From Candidatus Yonathbacteria bacterium RIFCSPHIGHO2_02_FULL_44_14 (GTDB lineage: Bacteria; Patescibacteriota; Minisyncoccia; Phycocordibacterales; UBA1550): DNA of 64,000 nt. Positions 40,673 through 50,988 of the stretch are shown in pieces (the stretch's first letter is position 1; every line of letters begins with the position of its first letter). The notes beneath the pieces were generated by a model. The model made no database searches and was not told where the DNA came from. It worked only from the letters and a program-made list of their open reading frames with translations. Position numbers and translations under genes: made by a program. Location of the stretch: positions 27,631 through 91,630 of the forward strand of contig MHUT01000006.1 of the NCBI GenBank assembly GCA_001823535.1, in the 5' to 3' direction.

Positions 40673-41812
40673 TTACTCGCGAATTGTGTTTTTAACAACA
40701 CCGACTACGCCTTTATCAAACTGAGCTGGAAGAAGTTGGTCTGGCTTAGGGTCGACCACATATTGTGCAAGAGCCTCTGCAGCGCGAATGAACATTTCTT
40801 CGTTAAATTGTTTAATTCGATGGTCGAGTGCTCCACGGAAAATACCGGGGAACGCGAGCGAGTTGTTAATTTGGTTCGGAAAATCCGAGCGACCCGTTGC
40901 GACAACAAACGCTCCTGCTTCTTTTGCCACATCAGGCATAATTTCGGGGATTGGATTTGCGAGCGCAAAAATAATCGGACGCTCTGCCATAGTACATACC
41001 ATTTCGGAGGTAAGGAGTCCACCTTTTGAAACGCCGATAAAAATATCTGCATCATGGAGGACCTCGGCGAGTGTTCCCATTTTTTTGTCAGTATTGGTCA
41101 TGCGCGCAAGCGTTTCCTTTTCGGTATTTAAATCAGCTCGTCCTGCAAAGATTGCGCCCTTTGTGTCGCAAATCACAAAATGTTTGAATCCGTATGCAAG
41201 AAGAAGCTTAGTGATTGCAGTGCCTGCCGCTCCCGCTCCACTCATTACCACTTGCACCTCTTCTTTTTTACTTCCACGAAGTTTAAGCGCGTTAATAAGA
41301 CCCGCAAGTACCACCGTAGCGGTGCCATGCTGGTCATCGTGCATTATTGGAATAGGAAGTTCTGCGCGCAGACGTTCCTCTATTTCGAAACATCGTGGAG
41401 CAGAAATATCCTCCAAGTTGATGCCGCCGAATACCGGCGCAATATTTTTTACCAACGCGATAATCTCTTCCACATCCTGCGTATTCACACAAATTGGAAA
41501 CGCATCAATCCCTGCAAATTCTTTAAAAATCGCCGCTTTACCCTCCATGACAGGGATAGCTGCATGTGCACCAAGGTTGCCGAGTCCGAGTATTGCTGAG
41601 CCGTCAGAAACAATAGCAACGGTGTTCCCTTTAATGGTGTATTCGTAAGCAAGGTCGGCATCCCGCCCAATTTCGCGCGAGACCTCAGCAACCCCGGGAG
41701 TATATGCTAGCGAAAGTTCCGCACGACTTGTGAGCGGAACTTTAGTAACTATTTCGATTTTTCCGTGATGCTTTTTATGAAGCTCTAGGGATTGTTTATA
41801 TACATCATCCAT
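40673..41812 (-). CDS. NAD(P)-dependent malic enzyme
   Basis: LAYTPGVA, PVMEGK, INLEDI, HDDQHGTA, GAGAAG, ATGRSD. Confidence 0.95.
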   Translation of the reverse strand: MDDVYKQSLELHKKHHGKIEIVTKVPLTSRAELSLAYTPGVAEVSREIGRDADLAYEYTIKGNTVAIVSDGSAILGLGNLGAHAAIPVMEGKAAIFKEFAGIDAFPICVNTQDVEEIIALVKNIAPVFGGINLEDISAPRCFEIEERLRAELPIPIMHDDQHGTATVVLAGLINALKLRGSKKEEVQVVMSGAGAAGTAITKLLLAYGFKHFVICDTKGAIFAGRADLNTEKETLARMTNTDKKMGTLAEVLHDADIFIGVSKGGLLTSEMVCTMAERPIIFALANPIPEIMPDVAKEAGAFVVATGRSDFPNQINNSLAFPGIFRGALDHRIKQFNEEMFIRAAEALAQYVVDPKPDQLLPAQFDKGVVGVVKNTIRE

Positions 41813-41817
41813 GGATT

Positions 41818-42666
41818 CTAGTAATGAGTGCGCGCGTACGCGAGTGAACCATAAAGTCCGCCAAAATCGCCGAGTTCTGCTTTTTCAATGAGAGGCAATT
41901 TTGGAAATATTTTTAGAATTTCGGCGAGGTATTTACGAACAGCATCAATTGGGATACCGACTTCTTTCATCATGGACCCGCCGATTACAACGACATCAGG
42001 TGACCAGTGCACAATGGTGTTATTTAATCCGTATGCGAGAAATTTTGCGAGCTCGTCCCATATTACGTCATCATGAATCTCATACGGTTTTAAACCGAAA
42101 CGTTTTTCAATAGAGGTTCCTGACACGTAAGCCTCAAGGTCGTTCCCCTCGCAAGTTGGGCAAAGCGTATTATCAGGATCAATAATTTGATGCCCCGGTT
42201 CAAAACCGATGGATGTTTCGTCTATTTTGCCATCAACAATACGCACCCCTCCCACACCCGTGCTCACTGTTATGTATGCGACAATAGATTTGCCTCGTCC
42301 TGCACCAAAATGTGCCTCTCCAAGACCAACAAGTGCTGAGTCATTCTCAAGCACTACTGGAACATTGTATGTCGTGTGTAGCGCATTTTTAATATCGCGC
42401 CCAACCCATCCGCTCAAGTTGGGGCTTTTTACGAGCATAGTTTTTCGTTCATCAAGTGGTCCGGCGATACCGCCAACAATTGCAGTTACGGCACGACCCT
42501 GATCCGTGAGCCCACCAGCAATATTGTCGATAATACGCTTTAAAGTATCGATCCCACTGTCAAAGTCTTTAGGTGTTGAAACCACAACAGGTTCGCCGAG
42601 GAGTTTTTCATAATCCGCGGCAACTACACGCATTTTTGTCCCGCCAATATCAAATAATATAAACAT
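41818..42666 (-). CDS. ROK family sugar kinase
   Basis: DIGGTK, LENDS, STGVGG, EPGHQ, C..C...LEAY.SG. Confidence 0.92.
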   Translation of the reverse strand: MFILFDIGGTKMRVVAADYEKLLGEPVVVSTPKDFDSGIDTLKRIIDNIAGGLTDQGRAVTAIVGGIAGPLDERKTMLVKSPNLSGWVGRDIKNALHTTYNVPVVLENDSALVGLGEAHFGAGRGKSIVAYITVSTGVGGVRIVDGKIDETSIGFEPGHQIIDPDNTLCPTCEGNDLEAYVSGTSIEKRFGLKPYEIHDDVIWDELAKFLAYGLNNTIVHWSPDVVVIGGSMMKEVGIPIDAVRKYLAEILKIFPKLPLIEKAELGDFGGLYGSLAYARTHY

Positions 42667-42714
42667 ACTGCCCATTGTAGCAGACAGAACACAAAAAGTA
42701 AAAACCTAGGAACT

Positions 42715-44709
42715 CTATTTTTCTTGATACAACGGGTTGCACCTAAGGCAAATCCCCAGTTCAACCAGTTTATTGAGGTATTTTATAACAGTCATAATGT
42801 ATTCTGAATGGCTCCACGTAAGCGGTGTTGCCGAAAGTGGTTCTCCGCTGTATGGATGCAGTTGTTCAGAAAATACTCCAGATTGAGTAGTGTGTCTTAC
42901 CGCCCATTCGAGCCATTGGTGAACCGGCGCAAAATCAGATTCTTTTTTTGCGCGCGCAATGTAGTACTGTGCGAGCCAAAGAGTGGTTATGATCCATGGG
43001 TTTCCAGGCACGCCCGTTGCGTCGCGGAAATAGAGATCCCCTTCGTACCTCGCAACACCGCCAACAGCTGTCTTTAATAAAATGCGGTCCTCAACTTGTT
43101 TTATTGCGCGGGCGAGACGCGGGTCATCGATATCAAGAATACCAAAAGCAAAAACGCCATACACGCTGGACATATCAAGGGTGCGGTCAGAAGTAATCGT
43201 TCCGTCTTCTGACACGTTAATCATTTTTATAAATGTTCCAGTCTCTTCGTCGTATAAAAAATTGAGTATTGATTGGCGAATTTCAAATGCGGCAGTTGTA
43301 TAGATATGCTCGCTTTTCTCTTTTCCTAAAAGCTTTGCAAATTTCGCGGCAACCATAAGTGCCTGGTACACCGATGCTGATGTAAATGTGTGAATACCGA
43401 ACTTCTCTTCCCAGAGATCATAGGAGGCTTTTGGAAGCCGAGTTTTTGGATCGCGGTATCCGACCATAAAATCCGCTGCGCGCTTTACGAGCGTATTATA
43501 AATTTTTTCAATGAACTCAATATCCTTCGATTGCGTATAATGATGCCAAAGCGCAATAAGCACCAAGGCCGTTTCATCTTCTTGTATTGGAAGCTCTATT
43601 TTGCCATTCCTCATCCACGGATGCCATGAACTACCAAGGGACTCGTCAGAGCGGTATTTATGCATAAAGTACCCATCGTCTGTTATAACGTGCTCGCAGA
43701 AATCAAAAAAACGTTCCGCGACATTAAAATCTCCAACCATGTCAAATGCCATCGCTGAAAATGCGCCATCACGCGGCCACATGTAGCTGTACGTGTCACG
43801 ACCGTTTTGGAGCATGTCAGAATCCGCTGATGCGATAATCGCGCCTCGATTGTCGGCGTGCGTACGAATAGTGAAGACAGATCTTTTAAATAGCGAGATT
43901 TCATCCTGCGTAAGTCCATAAAATGAAAAATTGTATTTATTTACCCATGCATGCCAATAATCGCGAGTTGTCCTAAGTAGATGCCCTGGGTTTTTTTCAA
44001 GGGTGTACGCATTAAGATCCAGTGCCTCCTTTATAGATTCCGCAGCAGCGACCCAATAGTAAAAAGTTTTTGATTCGTGGGGCGCGATGTCGAGATAAAA
44101 CCCAACAACGGAATCCGACGGACCATGCTCTATCAAGTTTTTTGAAAGAACTCCATCCTCAGCATCTTTGAAGCTTCCCTCTTTGCCCTCTATTTTAAAT
44201 ATCCCCGCGGTGTAGTCGTCAAAACTCCCTTTTTCCGAAAGGCCATTGATGAGGAATACGCGCTTTCCGTTGTAGTGAATGACCACGTGATTTATAGGGT
44301 CAAAATACGCCGTATCTCCACGGTGAGATTCATACATCTCAAACTCATGTCCAAAGAAAAGTTTGATTGTGCGCTCTCGGTCAGAGTCGTTGGTAACTTT
44401 TACCTCCCGAAGAAAAATGTTTTTTTCATTGTATACGATGTCAGAAAAATTGAGCGTAACTCCGAGCACATTGTTTTTTGCTGTTGTTTCACCGAGGAGT
44501 GATTGATCAGAAGATCGGATATGTATGTCCCAGTTTGAGTGGTCAAACCAATTGAGCTGATAGTCCGCAAATACGCCGACACGATGCGTGTAGTGTCCAC
44601 CGACGTGATTTTCAAGCCCAACATACGGAAAATAAAAATCACGCACCTGCGCGCGCTTATCCGTGCAGACGAGAATATTTCCATTACCGAGTGAAAGGGA
44701 CTTAGGCAT
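42715..44709 (-). CDS. Glycoside hydrolase family 15 (glucoamylase-like)
   Basis: GAIIAS, YSYMWPRDG, QEDET, DLWEE, SEQ, PLTWSH. Confidence 0.92.
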   Translation of the reverse strand: MPKSLSLGNGNILVCTDKRAQVRDFYFPYVGLENHVGGHYTHRVGVFADYQLNWFDHSNWDIHIRSSDQSLLGETTAKNNVLGVTLNFSDIVYNEKNIFLREVKVTNDSDRERTIKLFFGHEFEMYESHRGDTAYFDPINHVVIHYNGKRVFLINGLSEKGSFDDYTAGIFKIEGKEGSFKDAEDGVLSKNLIEHGPSDSVVGFYLDIAPHESKTFYYWVAAAESIKEALDLNAYTLEKNPGHLLRTTRDYWHAWVNKYNFSFYGLTQDEISLFKRSVFTIRTHADNRGAIIASADSDMLQNGRDTYSYMWPRDGAFSAMAFDMVGDFNVAERFFDFCEHVITDDGYFMHKYRSDESLGSSWHPWMRNGKIELPIQEDETALVLIALWHHYTQSKDIEFIEKIYNTLVKRAADFMVGYRDPKTRLPKASYDLWEEKFGIHTFTSASVYQALMVAAKFAKLLGKEKSEHIYTTAAFEIRQSILNFLYDEETGTFIKMINVSEDGTITSDRTLDMSSVYGVFAFGILDIDDPRLARAIKQVEDRILLKTAVGGVARYEGDLYFRDATGVPGNPWIITTLWLAQYYIARAKKESDFAPVHQWLEWAVRHTTQSGVFSEQLHPYSGEPLSATPLTWSHSEYIMTVIKYLNKLVELGICLRCNPLYQEK

Positions 44710-44777
44710 ACGTAAAGTATACAAGTAAGTCGTATTAAAAACAATTTGATACAGAGGCTTTGTTGTTGAAAACTAAA

Positions 44778-46013
44778 TTATAACAGCTCTCTCACCTTAA
44801 TCTTTTTGGCATGCAGAGGATGTGCAACGACACGGAGACGGAGATCCTGCAGCGCGTTCATATATGCAATGAATGCTTCATACGGAGTACTGTAAGGGTT
44901 GAAATATTTATGCACGTCACCATCATTGAACCATTTGGTGCACATATAGTAGAAGTGATCCGAGGTCTGGAGTCTGCGCCAGTCGCTAATGAGCCTCTCG
45001 TCATTTGTGGCGAGAACTTCCTCTTCGAGTTTATACACGCTCTGTATTGCATCGTGTTGCATCGGGTTTGAGAGCCATGCGGAAAGATCGCGCTCAACAT
45101 CCGCCCATGACATATAGTTATGCACATCGAGTTCGGATACTGGCTCGTAACGCTCGATAGCCTCGCTCGGTGTTACAAAGTCATTATCAGGGTGTTTGTA
45201 GATCTCCTCAGGCAAGTGACGCAGAAAGTTGAATATTCCTGTGTCTTCCCATTGGTGCTCTCCAAACGTCTCGTAATCCATGAAAAGGTTGATGACATGC
45301 CCATTGCCGTTTACTTGTGATGCCCAGTTTGCAAACTTTGGCGCAGTCAAAGGAAAGTCAGCCCAGTCTTTCGATGAAAAACGAAAAGCTATGTCGTCTG
45401 AAAGGCGATAGTTTTTGAGAAGAAGTTTGATATTCTCGGTTCCTTGAGGACGATATAAAAAGTTGGGACTTTTCCATCCAAGGACATGATCCGCGCCTTC
45501 CGCGATGATGCCTTTGTATCCCATTTTCTCCACTTCGTGCGCGAGCGCATTGTTGTAAATGAGCTCTGTGTTACGAAAAACCGTCGGCGTTACACCAAAA
45601 AGCTCCTGTATTTTTTCCTGGTGCATTTTTACCTGCCGGCGGAACTCTTCGGGTGAATACAAAAAAGAAAGCGAGTGATAGTATGTTTCTTCAAGCACTT
45701 CCGCGCGACCTGTTGCCACAAGCCTCTGAAAAGACTCGAGTGTCTCGGGGCTGAACTCTTGAAGCTGGTCGAGAAATACTCCAGAAAATGAAAAACTGAT
45801 TTTAAATTCAGGATGCTTGTTCAATAACTCAAGCATAACCGCATTCGCAGGCAAGTAGCACTTCCCCGCCACCTTATTGAGAATTTTTTTGTTATTGATT
45901 GAGCGGTCCGAGTCATCATTGAAATACTCGCTATCATTTCCAATGTCAAACACGCGATAATCTTTCACGCGGAACGGTTGATGCACTTGAAAATAAAAAC
46001 AAATTGATGCCAT
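44778..46013 (-). CDS. Glycoside hydrolase family 57 (alpha-amylase-like)
   Basis: FQVHQP, ETYYHS, FRNTEL, MDYETFGEH, LQTSDHFYYM. Confidence 0.93.
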   Translation of the reverse strand: MASICFYFQVHQPFRVKDYRVFDIGNDSEYFNDDSDRSINNKKILNKVAGKCYLPANAVMLELLNKHPEFKISFSFSGVFLDQLQEFSPETLESFQRLVATGRAEVLEETYYHSLSFLYSPEEFRRQVKMHQEKIQELFGVTPTVFRNTELIYNNALAHEVEKMGYKGIIAEGADHVLGWKSPNFLYRPQGTENIKLLLKNYRLSDDIAFRFSSKDWADFPLTAPKFANWASQVNGNGHVINLFMDYETFGEHQWEDTGIFNFLRHLPEEIYKHPDNDFVTPSEAIERYEPVSELDVHNYMSWADVERDLSAWLSNPMQHDAIQSVYKLEEEVLATNDERLISDWRRLQTSDHFYYMCTKWFNDGDVHKYFNPYSTPYEAFIAYMNALQDLRLRVVAHPLHAKKIKVRELL

Positions 46014-46038
46014 AGGTTGTTAGTATACCAGAGTTTGA

Positions 46039-47271
46039 TTAAATATAGCGAGTTTCCTGTGTTGCTCCGCATTGGCAAATGATTTTTTCATAGTAATCAA
46101 TGCACTTTTTGCTTGCGGCGTCCCATGTGACTTTTTTTACCTCCTCACGGCTGTTGCCCCAGAGGGTCTGCCAGAGCGAGCGATGTGAGATAACGCCAAG
46201 AATTTTGTTTGCCATATCTTCTGTATCCCAAAAATCTGTTTTGAGTGCATGAACCAGTACCTCAGCTACGCCTGACTGTTTTGAAATGAGTACCGGTGCT
46301 CCTGCTATAATCGATTCGAGTGGGGTGATGCCAAATGGCTCCGACACGGACGGCATCACAAAGAGGTCTGCTATATTATACACTGCAGTCAGGTCATCTC
46401 CGCGAAGGAATCCTGCAAAGATTACGTGGTCCGAGATACCCAATGACGCCGCCTCAAGCATCATCTGTCTTTCCATGTCGCCGGAGCCAGCCACAATAAA
46501 GAGAACATTCGGGTTCACTTCGAGTACGCGTTTTGCCGCTCGAATAAAATACTCAGGACCTTTTTGAATAGTAATGCGTCCAACGAAAAGTACAATCTTC
46601 TGCCCGGCTTTTTTTAGTTCAGAAAGTTTAGCGGGAACATTCACGTAGTCGCATTCGTCGATGCCGTTATGTACAACCTGGATTTTAGATGCTGGAATAC
46701 CATAATGCTCTACAATTTTGCCCTTTGTAAAATCTGAGACCGCGATGATACCGTCGGCATACTGCATACTTTCTCTCTCAATATTGTAAACGTCCTGATT
46801 TACCCCCTGCCCGCCTGTGCGGTCAAACTCGGTTGCATGCATATGAAGAATGAGGGGCTTCCCAGAGATTTTTTTTGCCTCAATTCCCGCAAGAAAAGAA
46901 AGCCAATCGTGCGCATGGATGACATCGAAATGTTCTTTCTTTGCAATATCTCGAGCGCGGAGCGCATAGCGACGAACTTCTTGCATGAGAGTGTCACCGT
47001 AGATATCCGAAATCATCTTGTCTCGCTCGCGAACATAGCTGTCCGAGGTGACATATGGTCTCAACGTTGTCTCAATCTCATGGAACTTTACGCGGCGCTC
47101 GTCAGCAAAAAGAATATTCATAAATGAAGCGGAGACGCCAACCTTTTTGGGAAGCACAAAGAGTACCTCGATTTTTCTCCCTGCGAGTGCGCGTGTAAGA
47201 CCGAAACATGCAGTACCAAGACCCCCACTGTTGTGGGGAGGAAATTCCCATCCGAACATAAGTACGCGCAT
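46039..47271 (-). CDS. GT4 glycosyltransferase (glycogen synthase-like)
   Basis: WEFPP..GGLG, HAHDW, PSVSEPFGI..LE. Confidence 0.92.
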   Translation of the reverse strand: MRVLMFGWEFPPHNSGGLGTACFGLTRALAGRKIEVLFVLPKKVGVSASFMNILFADERRVKFHEIETTLRPYVTSDSYVRERDKMISDIYGDTLMQEVRRYALRARDIAKKEHFDVIHAHDWLSFLAGIEAKKISGKPLILHMHATEFDRTGGQGVNQDVYNIERESMQYADGIIAVSDFTKGKIVEHYGIPASKIQVVHNGIDECDYVNVPAKLSELKKAGQKIVLFVGRITIQKGPEYFIRAAKRVLEVNPNVLFIVAGSGDMERQMMLEAASLGISDHVIFAGFLRGDDLTAVYNIADLFVMPSVSEPFGITPLESIIAGAPVLISKQSGVAEVLVHALKTDFWDTEDMANKILGVISHRSLWQTLWGNSREEVKKVTWDAASKKCIDYYEKIICQCGATQETRYI

Positions 47272-47400
47272 ATATTTTTTTAAAAAGCTTGCGCTTATTG
47301 TAACACGATTAAAAAAATAAAAATGCACAAATATACTGTGGATAAGTAGCTCAAGAGATTTATTGTACTAATGTGCCAGACAATTACTAAAAATACCCAC

Positions 47401-47591
47401 ATGCTGAACAATCACGTCTATAATTTACTCCTTCAAGCTACACAGAAACACAAGAGCTCATGGCGTATAAAGAATGCATACAAGAAGACGCTTATGGCTA
47501 CGAAGGATGCAGAACATTTTGGGAAAATATGAAAAAAGATAAAGAAGGTCATATCGCAGAGCTCAAGATAATGATTAAGAAACCATTGTAG
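47401..47591 (+). pseudogene. Frameshifted small ferritin-like helical protein
   Basis: MLNNHVYNLLLQATQKHKSSWRIKNAYK continues in the -1 frame as DAYGYEGCRTFWENMKKDKEGHIAELKIMIKKPL-stop. Confidence 0.55.
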
Positions 47592-47605
47592 TTTAGATAG
47601 ATTAC

Positions 47606-47651
47606 TCAAGGCAGAGAAAACCCTGTAGCTGCCGGGTTTTCTCTGCCTTGA
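47606..47651. repeat. 18-bp perfect inverted repeat (terminator or REP-like)
   Basis: TCAAGGCAGAGAAAACCC...GGGTTTTCTCTGCCTTGA. Confidence 0.8.
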
Positions 47652-47687
47652 TTTTTGTATTAAACTGTGATATAATTGCACTTACCT

Positions 47688-48404
47688 ATGGAGCCTCTTA
47701 CTTTCCCTATTCGCCTAAACCGCTACCTTGCCCACAAAGGTTATTCTACACGCCGTGGCGCCGATGAACTCATTACCAAAGGTTTGGTAAAAATAAATGG
47801 GAAAGTTGCTGTGCTCGGAGACAAAGTAGAGTCACCCGATGATATTGTTGAGGTCTCTGCAAAGGTCATCGCAAAGATTCTAGGCTCCTATCGCTACCTC
47901 GCCTACTATAAGCCACGCGGTATTTCTACCGACACGCAAACAGAGGGAGAAAGCATCAAGTCGTCTCTGCCAGCACTACGCGGACTCTTTCCTCTTGGTC
48001 GTCTCGACAAAGACTCGGAGGGCCTTGTAATCCTTACCAACGACGGGCGTTTGACTGACCGCGTGCTTTCTCCCGACCGCGTGCATGAAAAGGAATATTT
48101 AGTAAAAGTTGATAAAAAGATTACAGATACTTTTATTCGCCACCTTGAACGCGGTATTTTAATAGAAATATACAAAACGAGGCCCGCAAAGGCCCGTCGC
48201 GCAGGAGAAACACTTTTTCGTATTGTGCTTACCGAAGGCAAGAAGCACCAAATCCGCCGTATGTGCGCTGCCGAGGGTTATCAAGTCCTTGAACTCAAAC
48301 GGTTGCGTATTATGAATATAAAACTCGGCGATCTAAAAGAAGGCGCGTATCGAGATATCGCGAGCGAAGAACTCGAAACCCTCAAAAAAAGTATCGGATT
48401 GTGA
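47688..48404 (+). CDS. rRNA pseudouridine synthase (RsuA/RluB/F family)
   Basis: S4 domain, GRLDKDSEG, EKEY, EGKKHQIRR. Confidence 0.93.
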   Translation: MEPLTFPIRLNRYLAHKGYSTRRGADELITKGLVKINGKVAVLGDKVESPDDIVEVSAKVIAKILGSYRYLAYYKPRGISTDTQTEGESIKSSLPALRGLFPLGRLDKDSEGLVILTNDGRLTDRVLSPDRVHEKEYLVKVDKKITDTFIRHLERGILIEIYKTRPAKARRAGETLFRIVLTEGKKHQIRRMCAAEGYQVLELKRLRIMNIKLGDLKEGAYRDIASEELETLKKSIGL

Positions 48405-48758
48405 TTAAAAAAACAAGGCATGAACCACGAAGAACGCAGTCATCATAATCGCTGACAGTATACTTGACCATACTGCGATTAGTACTGCGCGTTCGAGCGA
48501 TTGAGTGCTTGCGGATGTCTTACGGCGAATAAGGAAGATAACCGTAAATAAAAAGATTGCAAGCGCACTTTTCCCAAGCCAATGATGCGCAAAAACAGTT
48601 TTCAGCGTATCCTTAAGTGGGCTCCACAATTCAGCGCCGATTGTGAGAATCGTAATTAGTACGGCAACCGCTGCAGTTCCTTCTGCTGCAGCACGCGCTC
48701 GAATTAGTAAATTGGTGTCTCGGACGTGAGTTGTCATCTTATGAGTAGATATTTTCAT
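48405..48758 (-). CDS. Membrane protein (3 TM, HHW motif)
   Basis: Hydrophobic helices, AHHWLGKS. Confidence 0.7.
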   Translation of the reverse strand: MKISTHKMTTHVRDTNLLIRARAAAEGTAAVAVLITILTIGAELWSPLKDTLKTVFAHHWLGKSALAIFLFTVIFLIRRKTSASTQSLERAVLIAVWSSILSAIMMTAFFVVHALFF

Positions 48759-48770
48759 ATTGTATATATT

Positions 48771-49223
48771 TTATGAGCGCGCCGCGCCAGAAATGATGAT
48801 TCCCGCACCCGCAATAAATGCGCCAAAGAGGAGTATGGTGAGGGCGAGATTCCTCACCGCTTTTTTTATCTTATCGTCTTGCTGTTTTTCTAGCACTAGT
48901 ATTAAAAACCAAAGCGCAAGCGACATAAAAGGAAGCATAATAAAAATGTGCTCCTTTGCTTCCATGATTACTTGATGCGCCCACGGATATGCTCCCTTTA
49001 AAATTACCGGCTTCACTGCTTTACCATAATAAACAACGTAGTAATAGGCGCCACTCGCCCACGAGCCTAAAAAGCCTATTGTCGCCCATCCGGCAAGTGA
49101 GCGTAAATACTTCCATGATGGTGTTTTGCGCAGAAAATGCATGAACACAAGGTGTGTTAGTCCGATAGCCAGCACTCCAACGAGTACGTGAGCTATAAGT
49201 GCGTATGTAAGCGGTGCGGTCAT
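48771..49223 (-). CDS. Membrane protein (4 TM, His-containing)
   Basis: AHVLVG, YYVVYYG, PWAHQVIMEAKEH. Confidence 0.75.
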   Translation of the reverse strand: MTAPLTYALIAHVLVGVLAIGLTHLVFMHFLRKTPSWKYLRSLAGWATIGFLGSWASGAYYYVVYYGKAVKPVILKGAYPWAHQVIMEAKEHIFIMLPFMSLALWFLILVLEKQQDDKIKKAVRNLALTILLFGAFIAGAGIIISGAARS

Positions 49224-49227
49224 AATG

Positions 49228-49737
49228 TTAATGTTCTTTGTGCGGTACAAACTTTTTGTGTATTAACTGCAAAATATAATACATTGTCACAACCGCAAGA
49301 GCGTATATACTGAATATCGTTACATATGATGAATTTACATCGCCGCGCGCGAAGACACCAAGAACGAGCGCAGCATACCACGAGGTGATAGAAACAGCAC
49401 TCCCCCACAAAAGAGGGATGAGGCGTAATTGCATAAGTACTGCGCTTGCGGACAAAATACCAATGACCGCAAACTTCGCCCACAGGGCAGAAGAGTACAA
49501 CAACTCTTCCGCACCTGACAATCTGTAGTAAAGTAGAAAACCAAAGCCAGAAAGAACGAGCAAAAAGAATCCGAGCCGCAAAACAGCATAGGTACTCTGC
49601 ATAAGCGCGTTTTCATCCGGAGAAATCTCGCCATCACGCTTCGCGTACACAAGATTTACTTCGGCAAATGTTGCGCCACCGACACCAAGGGCTACCCCTA
49701 CGATATGCGCGATAATGAGGATTGTGTACCAGTCCAT
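49228..49737 (-). CDS. Membrane protein (about 5 TM)
   Basis: AHIVGVALGVGGAT, SITSWY. Confidence 0.75.
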   Translation of the reverse strand: MDWYTILIIAHIVGVALGVGGATFAEVNLVYAKRDGEISPDENALMQSTYAVLRLGFFLLVLSGFGFLLYYRLSGAEELLYSSALWAKFAVIGILSASAVLMQLRLIPLLWGSAVSITSWYAALVLGVFARGDVNSSYVTIFSIYALAVVTMYYILQLIHKKFVPHKEH

Positions 49738-49757
49738 AATATACGCTTCATATTACA

Positions 49758-50186
49758 CTAAAATCCCTCGCTTGCCCAAATAGGGCTTTCTTTTGTCGAC
49801 ATTGCGAGCACTGCGTCGCGAAGTGATGTCGGAAAAACCACTGCATCACGAAGCTCGTCACGTGTGAGCCACGCAAATTCCAAATGGTCTTCTTGGCTTA
49901 CGCGACCACCGTCGCTTAATAGTACTACTTTAAAGACAAGATTTATTTCGTGAACCTCACCATTCTTCGTATGAAATTTATTTTCTGACGCGCCAAGAAA
50001 TCGCATTACTTCGCTTTCCTCACCCAATTCTTCCGCAATTTCCCGTACAAGCGCCTCGGGAGCGCTTTCACCTTCCTCAATATGCCCACCGGGAAAAAAC
50101 CAATTTGCGAGCCCTTTTCCACGACAAAGTAAAAATTTGCCATCTTCCTCTACCACCGCGCGCGCAATACATTCAATGTTTCGCAT
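49758..50186 (-). CDS. NUDIX hydrolase
   Basis: PGGHIEEGE...ALVREIAEELG. Confidence 0.92.
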   Translation of the reverse strand: MRNIECIARAVVEEDGKFLLCRGKGLANWFFPGGHIEEGESAPEALVREIAEELGEESEVMRFLGASENKFHTKNGEVHEINLVFKVVLLSDGGRVSQEDHLEFAWLTRDELRDAVVFPTSLRDAVLAMSTKESPIWASEGF

Positions 50187-50188
50187 AT

Positions 50189-50533
50189 TTAAAAGTAATT
50201 AAAAAATACCATTAGACCAATCACAATAGAAGTAGTGGCAACAACGAACACAAACCCGGCCATAATATCCTTTATTTTCCCAATTACCGGGTCGGTCTTC
50301 GGCTCAATTTTATTGCATAAGTCTTCGACCGCAGTGTTGACCATCTCGGCAGCGAGGACAGCGCCGATGCATCCAATGACGATTATCCATTCAAGCAGTG
50401 AGAAATCAAAATAACATGCGGAAACCAAAACAATAAGCGCAGTTGCGCACTCGATACGAAAGTTTACCTCTTCTTTCCATACAGTGCGGATGCCGTTCAT
50501 TGCCCACCCAAAGCTCTTGATCAACTTGTTCAT
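50189..50533 (-). CDS. dgkA: Diacylglycerol/undecaprenol kinase (DgkA family)
   Basis: SFGWA..G, E.NFR, EMVNTAVE, KDI.AG. Confidence 0.9.
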   Translation of the reverse strand: MNKLIKSFGWAMNGIRTVWKEEVNFRIECATALIVLVSACYFDFSLLEWIIVIGCIGAVLAAEMVNTAVEDLCNKIEPKTDPVIGKIKDIMAGFVFVVATTSIVIGLMVFFNYF

Positions 50534-50558
50534 CCTTTCATTATACCACGAAGCCTGC

Positions 50559-50945
50559 TTATTTTTGTTTTCCCTCCCACTGTGCCACTTCTTGCTCGTT
50601 CATGCCAAGATAGTGTGCAACTTCGTGAAAAACTGTTTCGTGGACGATTGCTCGCACTCGCACAAGGTCACCGTTTGCGCTCCTTTCTGTTGGACCTTGA
50701 AACACAACGATAACATCGGGGAGCGTCATCCCTATGCCGTAATTATCTCCACGCTCAATAAGAGGCACACCTCTATATAACCCAAGGAGGTCCTGTCCGA
50801 ATGCTAAGTGATTTTCCGTACGTGTCTCAGCGGAAGTTTCCTCCTCAACCGTAAAAACAACATTTTTTATCTTATGCTGAAACTGTTCTGGTACTTTTGC
50901 AAGTTCATCAATAACAATTTGTTCGAATTCTTCGCGGGGTATCAT
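50559..50945 (-). CDS. Zincin-like metallopeptidase (DUF1025-type)
   Basis: LLGLYRGVPL, PDVI, HEVAHYLG. Confidence 0.88.
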   Translation of the reverse strand: MIPREEFEQIVIDELAKVPEQFQHKIKNVVFTVEEETSAETRTENHLAFGQDLLGLYRGVPLIERGDNYGIGMTLPDVIVVFQGPTERSANGDLVRVRAIVHETVFHEVAHYLGMNEQEVAQWEGKQK

Positions 50946-50988
50946 TGTGTGAAAAGTATATCATTACCATTGTGCATTAAAAACCCGT

